A stretch of DNA of 63,538 bases, filler included, from Circinaria calcarea (taxonomy: Eukaryota), in NCBI GenBank assembly GCA_051942165.1. It is 23 parts of 23 records of this genome, joined end to end, with 100 filler letters (N's around TTAATTAATTAA, not from the genome) between each part and the next. Parts side by side here need not be neighbours in the genome. Positions count along the whole stretch, not along the records: positions 49,855 to 52,512 come from JAVECS010003351.1; positions 52,613 to 55,269 come from JAVECS010003352.1; positions 55,370 to 58,026 come from JAVECS010003353.1; positions 58,127 to 60,782 come from JAVECS010003354.1; positions 60,883 to 63,538 come from JAVECS010003355.1; 18 more parts are not named here. One strand, written 5' to 3'. A model generated the notes under the pieces. That model was not told the DNA's origin, made no database searches, and saw only the letters and a program-made list of their open reading frames with translations. Positions within the stretch are counted from its first letter, which is position 1. Each line of letters opens with the position of its first letter. Shown here piece after piece: positions 51,367 through 63,538 of this stretch. A program made the position numbers and the translations under genes.

Positions 51367-51942
51367 GATCAGAAACGTAGTCTCGGATCAAGACTGGATT
51401 TTAATACTTGGAATGATAAGATTTGGAGTGGCCATAGTATTGAGAAGGACAGGCTACATTAAATGGGAGAGAGGGTGGGAAACTGAGTCTTTAATCTCGT
51501 GAGACGTTGAGACGATTAATAAGCCAACGCTGAAAGACACGGCCGGCTGTAATAGCTCTCTGAATGCCAAGCCCATTTGATCAATGCCCAGTCAGAATAT
51601 ATCCACGTGATGGGAGAAAGCGGGAAAGTCGATTTTCTCAAATGGAACTGGAGGAGTGGAAACCGAAAGAGAAAGAGAAAACGGGGTCGGACATGGGCCG
51701 AATTTGATACGTACGGAGAAGAATAAGCTTTGCTTTTGAGGTTAAGCGAAATCCGGGGTGGTTAGAATCTGGACTAGCGCGTTGTGCTGTGTATCCTGGA
51801 CCCTGTCACTCGTGTAGTTGCAACGTCACAGATACATTGCACCTCCACCAAAGACAAAGGAAACCATAGCTGTCCGAGCTCGTGGACGCTTCGTTGAGGA
51901 AAACTCAGGAGTACCCAGGTTCTTCTCTCGACAGTTTGTACC

Positions 51943-52512
51943 ATGGGCGCCTCCGACTCGAAATTGGTCTTCAAGCAGGGCATCTTCAAGCTCTCGGAGA
52001 CAAAAGCCATTCCTGCAGACGATCCGTATTGGACGGGAGTAAGTCACCATTCCCGCTGTGCAAGTTGTAAACCTGATGCAGCTTAGTTTTGGGAACTGCC
52101 CGAATCGACGGAAGATGTCTTCAGCCTCTTTTCCCCGGTTGACATAAGACGAACGCGCGATACCTCCTTAGCAAACCTTGAAACGCTCATTCTAGCAGCC
52201 ACTTCTCGACTCTTTATCCTGAGGCATCACCCATCATTTCCCGACGCTGAACTGGCGCCGGAGAAGGACGCCCTCAACTGCATCCGTATCCTTACCCGAA
52301 TTCTCCCTTTCATCTACGAAGCAGACAGTCTTGAAGCATGGGAAGAAAAGTTCTTTTGGGGAGTAAGAAGGAAGAAGACCAGAAAAGGGAAGCTATCAAA
52401 GCCGGAGGTGCTGTTCGATGAGGCTCATCCGGAAGAAGAAGGAGGGAAAGAGAAGCAGCAAGAGGAAGAATTCGAAGACGCGAAGCCATTGGCCGAGGAG
52501 CTTATAGACACG
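51943..52512 (+). CDS. HID1/Ecm30 family protein, N-terminus, intron about 52039-52086
   Basis: Myristoylation-type start MGASDSKLVFKQGIF; FWELPESTEDVFSLF; ALNCIRILTRILPFIYE. Confidence 0.88.
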
Positions 52513-52612
52513 NNNNNNNNNNNNNNNNNNNNNNNNNNNNNNNNNNNNNNNNNNNNTTAATTAATTAANNNNNNNNNNNNNNNNNNNNNNNNNNNNNNNN
52601 NNNNNNNNNNNN

Positions 52613-52974
52613 TCCGCATAATAACCCCCTTTGATCTGTTCCTCGTCCAGAAACTCCTTCTCTTTACTCTCATGTCGATAAATCTCAAACCCGTTCTTAT
52701 CCAGACTATACAGCTCCTCTTCCCCGCGGATATCATGCACCGTGACACTCCTCGTATCCGTTGGTTTCTCGTACGTTTCCGGTTTTCCAACGATAGCCGG
52801 CATAGGGGGACTTCCGTCACCGGGGTCTTTGTAGTAATTGAAATCAGCTACAAGATGGTGAGACTCTTGCACCTTGGAGGTGTCTGAGCGAGACGGGACT
52901 TGGGAGGGGAGAGCATGGGTTTGGGAGAGGAGGTGGGGTGCGATAGTTGCCGGGTGGGTTGCTGCGGATGCCAT
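52613..52974 (-). CDS. CmcJ/AsaB/GA4-desaturase-like family protein, N-terminal fragment
   Basis: FNYYKDPGDGSPP...VTVHDIRGEEELYSLDKNGFEI...FLDEEQIKGGYYAE. Confidence 0.75.
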
Positions 52975-53683
52975 TGTTGATGGAAGTTATCTAGGGCTGT
53001 ATGATATACCGCTCTTGTTACCTTCTATGCCCAGCATGATATAGGTCCCTAGGCTCCCTGCATAGCATCACCCCATCCCCTGCTAATATCGCGTGCGAGC
53101 CCATTCCTGACAAATCAACCCTTTTTGCTTACAGATGGTGACCTGACAAATCAGACCTGTTGCTTACAGATGATTACACAAAACAATCGGTAGAATATCT
53201 CACTTTCTCATGTCTCGTATTTAACCCCCTCGATTGACCGATAGCCTAACAAAGCTACCATGTCCGGCATGGGTGGTGGCTTTGTAATACCAGTTTTTCT
53301 CCCATCGTGGCACCCGTTTTCAAACCATGCGACCTTGCATTTTCCAGAATAACCAGGTATCGCCTCGTTCTCCTGTCTGCGCACATGTTACGCTTAAGAT
53401 CAGCTGACGAGACCCCGCCCGCGCCGGGTTTGGGTGCGTGGTCAGCAAAGGACCATGGCAGTTATATGTCTCTCGTCTCTTTTGTTTATTTCGTTTTTGC
53501 TTAGGGCCTAGAAAAAAGGGTAAGAGGGGGGAGTTGGCTGCAGATGTATATTTCCAGAGTTAGAACGACAGAATAAGATACAGCAGGAATAAAAGAGATG
53601 GGGACACTTGTTGAAACGAGAGAGGGATTTTCCAAGGCTCACGGCTATGAAGCTTGTGTAGTTATTGCATGAGACAGGAGTTA

Positions 53684-54163
53684 CACCTGGTGTAATAATG
53701 ATGGGCGCTTTTTTTCTTCTTTTTTTTCTTTTTTTTTTTTTTTTTTTTTGGATCTCCCGCAAGGATTAGGCGAAGGCGCTAGCTAGGATAGCCGTACCAT
53801 AGTAATTTACTAGTAAATACTATCCTTATTTATCTCTTTTCTGATTTTTTGCTTCATTGAAAAAGCTCCAGTTCTTAAAGCTGAAGTAACGATTTTATCA
53901 TCGCAATCAGCTCTATTGAATGCTCTTTTGATATTCGAAATACGTTGGTGGCGCATAAAGTTATATCGCTACGAAATAATAAATGGCAGCTGTTTTTGAA
54001 GTTCCTCACGTTTCGCTTGAATTTATTCGCGTAAATAAAGATAGTGTTTACTAGCAAATTACTATGGTACGGCTATTCTAGCTAGCGCCTTCGCCTAATC
54101 CTTACGGAGATCCAAAAAAAAAAGAAAAAAAAAAGAAAGCGCCCATCATTATTACACCAGGTG
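53684..54163. mobile_element. MITE of Tc1/mariner type (TA TSD), 480 bp, long TIRs (53684-53832 and 54032-54163)
   Basis: TA-CACCTGGTGTAATAATGATGGGCGC...GCGCCCATCATTATTACACCAGGTG-TA. The TIRs contain poly-T/poly-A tracts of unequal length; no coding capacity. Confidence 0.88.
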
Positions 54164-54544
54164 TAAATAGGTATCCATTGGTCTATGGTGGTGGGTTTGG
54201 TTTGCTAGAATGTTACCCATGTGATGAATCTGTGATGGAGACTTTGGATTGGCTCGAACCTCGAGTTGGATATCACCGGATAAGATTTGCTATTATCATG
54301 GGAGGTTGTAAGAGAGTATTGTTGCTGGAGGAGGGCCGTGATGAAGGGGGACTTGACCCTGTATGATCGTCTGTGGAGTGCCGAGAGCTAGTAGAAGTTG
54401 TCCCTCATATGTGTGGGTGGAAATAAACACATGTATGCATGCCGTTTGCGAGCGCCCTTAACGAAGCATTACTAGCAGTGTAGCCTTGAGGAAAGTCTAC
54501 AAGAATGCACACTAATCTAGCCTAAATTTCTATATACCCGTCTC

Positions 54545-55269
54545 CTATAGCTTCGCTCTCCTCGTCTTCTCATCCATCAGCTCTACCCCAGTAAGCCCCT
54601 CCAACTCCTTCACAGCCCTCCACGTCTTCCCCAATCTGACTCTAACAGTTTGCATACCCAGCTCCTGCGCCGGCTTCAAATTCTGCCCTATATCGTCTAA
54701 GAAAACCACATCCCCTGCCTTGACCCCACTTCCTCCCTTCTGCCTGTCGAACTCATCTAGTTTCTGAAGGGCGAGTTCGTAGATCTTGGGATCGGGTTTC
54801 CGAAGTCCAACTTCTGCGCTCGCAACGAAGACGGAGAAGAGGGAGTTTAGCATAGTTCGGAGGGGAGAGGGAAGGCTGTAGGGGTGAGCAGGATGAAAGA
54901 TGACGGTGTTAGTGAGGGCCCCAAGGATGAACTTTTGGGAAGAGGCAAGAGCCTGGAGGGCAGGATAGACATAGGGATCAGGTTCTTGGGAGACTTTCAT
55001 CATGGACCAGAAAAGGGATTCAGTCTCGATGGTGGGAAGAGGTGGAATCGTGGAGGCTAGAGAGGTTGACGGATTGGTATGAGTCGAGTTACCAGTACCG
55101 CCAGAGGAGGATTGGTCCGCGTTTGTCTGAGCACCTCGATCATCTTTTGTAGGAGCTGAGTCAGCGGTCTCGGCCTTTAAGCTGACCGGATCTCCTAACA
55201 TCGAGGGGTTTTCTTTTGCAAGATCCTTGAGCTTTTTGGGTGCCTTTTGGTTGTTGCCATTCTCCGACG
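54545..55269 (-). CDS. HAD-superfamily hydrolase (sEH/ACAD10 N-terminal-like), 5' truncated, PTS1 AKL
   Basis: ALTNT, SAEVGLRKPDPKIY, VFLDDIGQNLKPAQELGM; ends RAKL. Confidence 0.88.
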
Positions 55270-55369
55270 NNNNNNNNNNNNNNNNNNNNNNNNNNNNNNN
55301 NNNNNNNNNNNNNTTAATTAATTAANNNNNNNNNNNNNNNNNNNNNNNNNNNNNNNNNNNNNNNNNNNN

Positions 55370-55684
55370 GTTACATCTTCCGCACGAAGACTCCTCCTCA
55401 CCGTACCCCAGGACACGGAATTTGATCTGCGAGAAGCTCTGGCCGGAGTCGGCGCACTGAGAGGTGTTTCTCAAGTCCGTGTACCGAGGTTCTGGATGGG
55501 GGAAGCTGAGGGTAGAAAGGTCCAGGGTGTGATGCATGTCGTCGCTGGCAGGGGTGGGGATTTGGAAGATGTGAGGGAGAGGGCAGTGCGATATTTGGAG
55601 AGTAACGGCATGGATGTTCTCGTGCAGGTGGAGAGAGAAGGGGAAGGTCGGTGCTGGTGTGGAGGAGGCATCAAGAACAATTGA
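55370..55684 (+). CDS. Cation diffusion facilitator (Msc2-like zinc transporter), C-terminal fragment
   Basis: Frame from the contig start: SARRLLLTVPQDTEFDLREALAGV...VPRFWM...DLEDVRER...VQVEREGEGRCWCGG. Confidence 0.6.
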   Translation, partial: VTSSARRLLLTVPQDTEFDLREALAGVGALRGVSQVRVPRFWMGEAEGRKVQGVMHVVAGRGGDLEDVRERAVRYLESNGMDVLVQVEREGEGRCWCGGGIKNN

Positions 55685-56414
55685 TGAAAGGACCAAATTC
55701 ATCCGCGTGGAAGCTACGATTCATGACTTGCGAGCACTTCATTTTACCGCAGATCAAGCATGGCAACTTGTAGAATGGTTTCCCAGCAGTGTACACCAGT
55801 AGTTTTTATGTACACAGCAATGAATGTAACCTTTACTTTGCCGAGTTCTGCCCCGTGGATCAGGTGACGAGCTGACACGGGATGTGCTGACCTGGAGTGT
55901 TCTTGGTATGTTTATAAGTCCGAAGGTAAACTTGATCCTTTTTGTGTAACTGTAGTCTCGATCGCGATCGCTAGTTGCAGTTCTGTTCTCCTTTGGGAAT
56001 CATGACCATTAAAGCAGCCGTTTCAAGTAAGATCTCCCTCCACAATTTACCAGACTGTCAGCGCTAGAAGAGCTTAAGCATCGGCGGAATCTGGACCAGA
56101 AACCTTATTTTCCCTTTAGTGCCGATGCTACCGGAGCGCCTCCAGGAAATTGATAGCCACCCATCCCACACTGAATTGCCAACCTCGTTGGCCCCAGCCA
56201 TGGCAATCTCGTAGGAAGACAATTCAACGTGGATGCAAATGCCGTCATCCTCGTGGTATTTCGACCGAGGGCACATCATTGGCAGGTTGAGCCTGTTCAA
56301 ACGGGCCTTATCCCCTTGCAGATACAATCGATAACAAAGAACAAGTTCCTGAAGTCCTGAACTCTCCTTTACCAGGTAACATGGATGATCGCTAAGAAGC
56401 GAAAGACAAATAAT

Positions 56415-58026
56415 ATGGCTGTAAATGGGAACCGCGTTGCGGCAGCTTCGAGCCAGGCTCCCCACGCACTGTACGACATTGGCATGATTGAGTTGCTTGA
56501 ACAGGATGGCAGACCGACGTTCGTTCTTGATCTTGAGGAAGTTGCAGATCGGGACAACATTCATCTGCAACCGATCTTCTGCAATGCCTCTCTGCGATCT
56601 GCCAACTTGCAAGATATAGTTACTGGCAAAGCCGTTGCTAACTCCCACCTAAGCCCATATGAGCCTATTAAATACTCGGATTTCAGAGGCTGGGCATCCA
56701 GTCGTCTAAAATACAACAGTCTCATCGACGGCTATCTCCCCGACCTCTCATACAATGGGCTACTCTGGAACTGTGCTACCATTAGAAAGAGATGGAGAAT
56801 AGTCAGTGGTTCTAGGCTCAGCCACGTTCTAAGTTCTGCTACTGCGGATGAACGTGAACTTCCTTTGACCGTTGCGGGCAGTGCTTCGGTCAAAACTCAG
56901 ACCACTGAAGCCCGGAATGCTCGTGAGCATCAAAAAGTGGACCTTTCCCTGGGTCGGACCCCACAGCAGAGCTGGACTGACATATTGCCGCCAAGTGAAT
57001 ATACAGATTTGTTTAGGGCTATTAACTGGTCACAGACCCCGCTTGGTCCTTTGTCGTCTTGGTCGCCTCACCTCCGTCAGATGACATGTTTTCTCATGGC
57101 CGATTCGCGCCCGGCATCTATGCTCTGGTGAATGCATCCGTGTCAACAATAGACCGCTTTACGCTAATCGTCTGCCTAGGGGATCTCAAAGGGCTGTCCT
57201 CTATAACGAACCTTATATAATGGTCATACAAAAAAAGCACCCAAAGGCGCTAGGTATGCCCTTTAATCGCGTGTGGCCAGAGACCGTGGAAGCCGTAGAG
57301 CCAGCTTTTGTGACAGCTGAAGCAGAAGGGCGTGCAACGACAATGCAAGACTCGATTTTCTTTCTCGAAAGATATGGTTATCTTGAAGAGTAAGTTTCTT
57401 TCATCCGATCATTATGTTATTGACATGATTTTATTCTCCATTTTAGCTTTGAGCGCATATATGGTTGATTTAGCTTGCTGCTTTGCCATCCTTTGCCGTT
57501 TTGAGACAAAAGACATTACTCGATTGTTCGGAATGTTGAATACGACAATCCGAGATTGCAAGACATTTGTTTTCTAGCAAGATGTCCTAGCTAACTCATT
57601 CAATAAAGGACCTTCTTCACCTGGAGCCTCCTTCCACTTCGTAACCAAAAAGGTGACACCGAGGGATTTTACAACTCGGTTTCGGAGTCTACACGCCAGA
57701 AGCTTTCCGATCGAAGGACAGCAACGCTAATATCTATGGTAACGGCGTCGGACATGTCCTCTTTCTGGCATGAAAGTCTCAATGGATTTGAGTCCAACGA
57801 GCTCGACATCCCACTTGCAGTTAGCTATTCTCTTGAGACCGAGTCTGAATCCGGAAAGAAGTCAGGATCTGCAATGTGCGTCTTTCAGGCAGCTTTGGGT
57901 ATATCCGAAGATCATCCGTCGGTGCCGAAGCGTGTAAATCTCGAGCAGAGCAACGAGGGGTTCATCCCACTGTTTAGGAAAGCAAGGTTCGCAGGCGGCC
58001 CGATGGTCCTGCAAAAAGCAGACGGA
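56415..58026 (+). CDS. Fungal hybrid sensor histidine kinase, N-terminal PAS-like region; introns about 57128-57179 and 57390-57608; 3' truncated
   Basis: LLEQDGRPTFVLDL, FCNASLR, INWSQTPLGPLSSWSPHLRQM...ADSRPASMLWG...LYNEPY, RYGYLEE-TFFTWSLLP. Confidence 0.8.
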
Positions 58027-61000
58027 NNNNNNNNNNNNNNNNNNNNNNNNNNNNNNNNNNNNNNNNNNNNTTAATTAATTAANNNNNNNNNNNNNNNNNN
58101 NNNNNNNNNNNNNNNNNNNNNNNNNNCCTGCCGCCCGGTTTTTAATATTTTTTTAAATAAATCGGCAGTAAGACCTAAGCCTTCTCTCGAAAACTATTCT
58201 GGCTAAATCTTTAGAGGATATTTGAACCATTAAGCATATTATTCGGTGATGTATTCGGTAATCTTTAGGGGAGGGCCTGTCCTAGTAGTCTTCTTTCCTT
58301 TCGTGTCGTCGGATTTCGCATCTTCAGAGGCCATGTCTGGTGTGATACGATTTGTTCTTGATAATCTTGAAGGTTGGAAGATCTGGGCTGACGTGTGGTG
58401 TAGAGGGGATGGGTAGTGAGATACCTAACGCAGCCCAGATATAAAACCTCTAATTTTATAAACAAACGTTCGAGAAAAGGAAAAGCGTACCCGTTGACGG
58501 CTTCCACTCTTCGTGGAATTCGTCCCGAATGAGACATGATCATTTTACAGATATTTTCGCGTCAGCTTCCATGGCCCTCACTTCACGAGCGGAGGAAGAT
58601 AAAGCCGTTCTTATCTAAGTTCTTAGACTTTTCAGGCAATAGCCCACTTTCAAGTTTGAACAGATCAGAGACTCGTATGAGGATATCGTAAACCCCATTA
58701 TGGTTGTATAATTACTCTGAAGTCGGGGGTTCTAGATTGGAGGAGATATAAGAAAAACCGGTTTATTACTTTCGGCAAAAGAATTCAGAAATCACCTTCC
58801 TTCTCATATTCGACACCTTCGTCGAGTTCGCGCTGTGCAAGGCTTTCCGCGCAAGCGTGGAAGTGGGCGTAATAAAGTCTGAATCCGCTGGGTTTTGGTC
58901 AGGAGTTGATTCCACTGACCCAGGAATTTCCGGCATAATTTCCTTAAAGAGGGTTGTACAACCCAAGCAAAACCCCACCTCGTAGCATTATTGCTGATTA
59001 ATGCTTATTTTAGTTAGATAGTATCTGCAAAGTAGCCCTAGTTTATAACTTTCCATATTTCTCCCAACCACGCTGGAGCAACTTCTGGTACTGCCGCCTT
59101 TAAAGTCTGTTTGGGAATTTTTGCAGCGCTTGGTACAAACTATACAGAACCATTTCTTCAGTAGTAGAGTTTTCGGCCTTAATTTCCGCGATGGCTGCAT
59201 CGTCTAAGATGCCGATCAATAATGGGAAAGGAGGATTTCGGATAAATAGTTCAGTCCTGAAAGTCTAATAGAATTGTGAATTTAATGTTGAGAAAACCGT
59301 CCCGGTGGTTGCCCACGCCGAAATTAATGGTAGTTTAGAAATTAGGGCACCGTCGAGGAAGGTATTGAGATGGTTGTGGATCTCGGCGGCCGGAATGGCA
59401 CCCTCGACTTCCATTGGCGATTTGGGATTGGCGAGAAGATCTCTTAGCTGAGGCGGTTCCCCACGGTTCTTTCACAGCTCTTCCTTTTCTTCCAGCTTTC
59501 GAGAAACAATAAGGACTTGACCTCCTCCGCAGGAAGGCATTTCAAAGTACTTTTGATCTCGTTTCAATCTGTGTCCAGCAGATTAATCTGTTGCTCGTCG
59601 TCTTCCCGTCCTCGAGGATATGCTGCAGATGGACGCTGGAAATGGTTAAGTCAATTATTCGAAGTTATAATACCAGCATTTAAATATGCCGTTGATCGGC
59701 CCCTCGCCTGGCTCAAACTGGTCGATAGCGTGTCGGATATCGAACCCCCGTGTTATTTATTCGATTAAGGGAGTTCGTGGTCATGGCATTCTCCGATAGC
59801 GCCTGCCATAGGCCGTGGCAAATCCCACGGTTTCTTTCTAGCATTTTTAACGAGTACCTCCAGCATCCTGCCTTGCCCTCTGGCTCGTAAAACGTAATAT
59901 TAAGGCGGGAGGGAGCATATTTTCCTGATATGTCGTAGCCCATACTTTGCACGAATCTAGGTACTATCACTGTTTAGGATAGCTAGGTGCCTATTCTTCT
60001 TCCGTCTGGTACTTTGGCTCAGAGGTTCGTAAGCCTAGTCAAAGCTGGTGAAAGGTAAGTGTTTTTCGGGAGCTGAAGGGTTTTGGTTCTGGTGAGAAAG
60101 CAGGGGGTCGGGGGGCCGTTCTTTGTGAACAATGAGCTTTATAAAGCTGTAATAAATTAGTCGTAGTGGCTCACTTGTGAGTATGATGTCTTTGGATGAT
60201 CCAACCAGTCAAGTTCAATGGGTCGAGTAAAGAGGTCTTCGAGATTGAAAACGCCCTTGGCATCTGACCGGCGACTGGAGCATTGTGAGTTAGATGAGAA
60301 TATAAACTTGGTAACTTTGGGGGCAATAGAAGCCTTGGGAATAATTCCATCCAGAAGGTGATTATCAGGGCATTTTATAACACCCTACAAATTGATTGGG
60401 AAATTCACCTGGAGAGAATTCTGAGTTCATACCATAAAAGTCATGGGCGTCAGAGAGGACTGCCTCACTCACACCAAAGAAAAACGAGGTTGGTGCACAC
60501 TATCCTTAGATTGGCAGCCTCCAATATACCGACGCGTCCCTCCTCTACAGGTTTCTCGGTCTGTGTTCATAAACGGCGAAACATATTCGAGATCGTATAA
60601 CGTAAGGCATGGTGGCCAGTGGCACTTGTTGGGAACGTGACATCCTATCAAGGTATCTAAAATATATTTGTCGAGCTCCGGCCCAGATGATTTAGCCAGG
60701 AACATCAGCCACCAAGCCCAACACCGCTAAAGGCAATGGACTGGGGCAACTGGGACAAGATATTAATACCTAATACTTGAACNNNNNNNNNNNNNNNNNN
60801 NNNNNNNNNNNNNNNNNNNNNNNNNNTTAATTAATTAANNNNNNNNNNNNNNNNNNNNNNNNNNNNNNNNNNNNNNNNNNNNTGCAGCTGATCTCGGCGG
60901 CATGCCTTTATGCAGAATCTGGTGTGAGGGTCAACCGCGACCACGTTTTGTGGCGTTCGCTTGCTGAACGCCTGATCCGAGCAATCCGACGCAGGCTGCT

Positions 61001-63199
61001 TGATTCCGGACTCGATTACCCAGCGGAGGCCCTTTTCCATCTTACGCGCTGGCGGTGTGCCCTTGCATGCTCCACAGCCCTTGATCGTGAAACACCGACA
61101 AAACTTTGAGACTGATTGACATTGAGATATGCATAGGACACCCAGTTGGGTTACGATCTACAACATGACGATCTGCGTACTGACGGCAAGCCTCTAGAGT
61201 GACCTCTTGCGTGCTGGGCTGGAGGGAATGTTGAGCAATGTCATGCAGCTATCGGTTGGAGAAAAGCCGCGTGTCGAGAGATCAATGGCCAACCTGGCCA
61301 AGTACGTACTCGTAAATCTATCAGCCAATGGACCTTTTTCCATTTGCTGCATTAGCTGCGTTGTCTGCTCTACTGTTCAACTGTTCCCAATTTGCCTTTA
61401 GGCGCCTTCCCCTGAGGAGAGACCCTACTGCTAGTATTCATAACCAATAAGATCAATTTGAGGGCAAAGTTACGGCGAATACCGGCCATCTCCCTCAAGC
61501 ATAGCCCCACGAGCTGAACAGCCCTCAAAGTTTCGCCTTCTTCTAGATGGTACGACAAGCATGATGTTTCAGAAAGGATCAACAGTCCCACGTGGCATTC
61601 CACGTGAAACTCGTGCTGATGCTGATCGGCTGGGTAAAATCCAGTCCCATTGAGGAATAGCGCCTTCCAAGTTGAAGCAGTAATTCTTTAGCTAGGTAAT
61701 CATCTCATTTTTTGTCAATTCTTTAAACTTCATCATCGACGATCATTATCGAATCAAGGCGCTTGACGGAAATAACTGTCGTTGGTGTTGTTATTGTCTC
61801 GATGTCGAGGCTATTGATCGCGTTAGTCCATGTGCGAAAATATCACCTGGGGGGTACGGAGTAGTTGGTACCTATTTAAGATACCCAATCGTTAGGCTCG
61901 TCGCTTCGCTTTTCCCCAGACGCATCTCTCGTCCCCTAAAGGCAATTCCTCCAACAGCACGCCGTATGATTACCGTTCTCTACTCGTTACACCGCAAACC
62001 CCCTTTCCACATCTCGGGCTTTTCCTCCCAGATTTCCTACCACCTAAAGGCCCATGCTGATCCAGACATGTCCCCACCAACAACCCCCTTACCTCGGTCT
62101 ACTCAAATCAATGCCGGCAATGGCAGTCTATGCAGCATCTCCTTTTCTTTCGTTCCTGGCCGGGAGTAAGCCCACCCTTTCTGTACTAGTCATACGTCGT
62201 TTACAGCGTCTCACCATTAGTAGGCGAGATCACTCCAATCCTACGAAGCCTACCAATGCGACCTTCCCTCGACAAGAAAACCCCCTTTTAAACCCTCCAA
62301 AGGTCTCATCCGGATGTCCCTTGCCCCTTTGCGCGAAATACTCTTTTCCCATGTCCCCATTTACCGACACATCCTATCAACTTTTGGTCAGTCTACCTGC
62401 ACCTACAATCCTCCCCATTCCCCCTCTTTCCTCGTCTCTCTTGTCCCCCCTCTGTGAGAAAGGCAATACACTCATACCCTTGTGAGAACCCAACCTCGCC
62501 AGTCCACAGGAGCAATGCCTCAACCCGCTAAATTCCCATCATACGCAAAACAAGAATCCAACAAAAACGCCACAGAATCCGAGAAAAGCCTAACGCCAGG
62601 TATCTTTTCGTAGCTCATAGGGGTAAATCATGGGTACAGATAGCTATACTATAACTATAGCCGCAAGCACAACCGTAAAATTCACACCTAGTCCCAGGAA
62701 AAGCCCCCCCCAAACATAAGTGTAAGGATCCTTTACGAATAAGTATAATCATCTCCTTACGATTAAAGGGTCGGTAAACCTGTGTGATAATATACTCAAT
62801 AGGTCCGTATAGCCGTATGAATTACCATATTGCTAAAGAATTCTCATGTACTAGTAATAAGCTTCGCGAGAAAAAAACCTTTCATTCGTTACCATAAGCC
62901 AATAAATACCTTGTGACCTCGGTACCATATGGTATACAGTTCACCCATAGGGTTTCGTAGGGGGGTTTCTTCTGGTCTGGTAGAGGGGCCCTTATAGAAA
63001 AGCTGCGTTTTTTTTAAAAAAAAAAGGGTACAAGTATAAGTACAAGGACAAGGACAAGGTAAGGTATGCCGAGCGAGCAAGTAAGTAAATGATGAGAAAG
63101 GGGGAAAAGGGAGGATTTGTGGTTTTGAGAACCCCTTTCTTCTTATTTTTCCCTTCCTCATGCTCTTTTTCCAATATCCAATATTCAGAACGAAAACAC

Positions 63200-63228
63200 A
63201 ACCGAACCGAACCGAACCGAACCGAACC
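63200..63228 (+). repeat. Pentanucleotide microsatellite (AACCG)n. Other microsatellites lie near 37172 (TAGAA)n, 37622 (AATGCA)n and 38336 (AAGCAC)n
   Basis: Direct reading of the tandem units. Confidence 0.85.
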
Positions 63229-63538
63229 CATTCATTCCCTCACTCCCACCCTATCCTAACCCTTTTTTTCTCCTCCTCCTCCTTCTCCTCCTTTCCCTTT
63301 CTATACCTCTAATAGTTTTATAGCGATACCGAAAAAAAGAAGCGGCAAAAGGAAGAGGGAAGAGGGGCTACCGAGGGTCCTACGTAAACCTCGACTCACC
63401 TCGACTCGACTCGGTCCAGAGCACTCTGGGTTGATTCCGAAGGGAAAGCTCTGGGAAGGTAGTTGTGTTGGGTAGCAAGGGCAAAGAAAAGAAAATAGAA
63501 TGAAAGACTTTTGAGTTCTTCTCCGAGCTTTTGGGGGG

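Noticed and set aside
17631..52974. Halogenated secondary-metabolite cluster (VCPO + O-methyltransferase + FAD oxidase + CmcJ-like gene)
   Set aside because: The genes lie on different contigs joined artificially, so there is no linkage evidence.
56064..56648. 194-aa minus-strand ORF
   Set aside because: Overlaps the histidine kinase antisense and has no motif support.

Overview
This is not one locus. It is 23 unrelated contigs of about 2.66-2.68 kb, sorted by decreasing length and joined by an artificial 100-bp linker (44 N + TTAATTAATTAA + 44 N), so nothing can be inferred across linkers. The DNA is from a filamentous ascomycete (Pezizomycotina): short GT-AG introns with CTRAC branch sites and RIP-like transition damage. 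A lichen-type or mixed assembly is possible but not provable here. Most contigs hold partial housekeeping genes (ELP1/IKI3, COX VIIc, ILV6, TED1-like, RPL23, DGAT1-type MBOAT, CDC123, ECI1, IND1, DOS2-like, PLPHP/YggS, CSM3, SKI2, HID1/ECM30, CDF transporter, hybrid histidine kinase) plus accessory enzymes. The most notable items are: (1) a 1038-bp non-autonomous Mutator-like element with perfect 97-bp TIRs, a 9-bp TSD and an AT-hook/RGG mini-ORF, 163 bp upstream of ELP1; (2) a chromodomain protein that appears to keep a Ty3/gypsy GPY/F-SH3 + chromodomain module (possible domestication); (3) a vanadium chloroperoxidase with an intact active site; (4) an 8-Cys CBM14/Avr4-like domain; (5) a TA-flanked MITE whose TIR substitutions are all transitions; (6) HNH-nuclease and CorA-like pseudogenes with RIP-like damage. 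All family calls come from motif recognition, not database searches.
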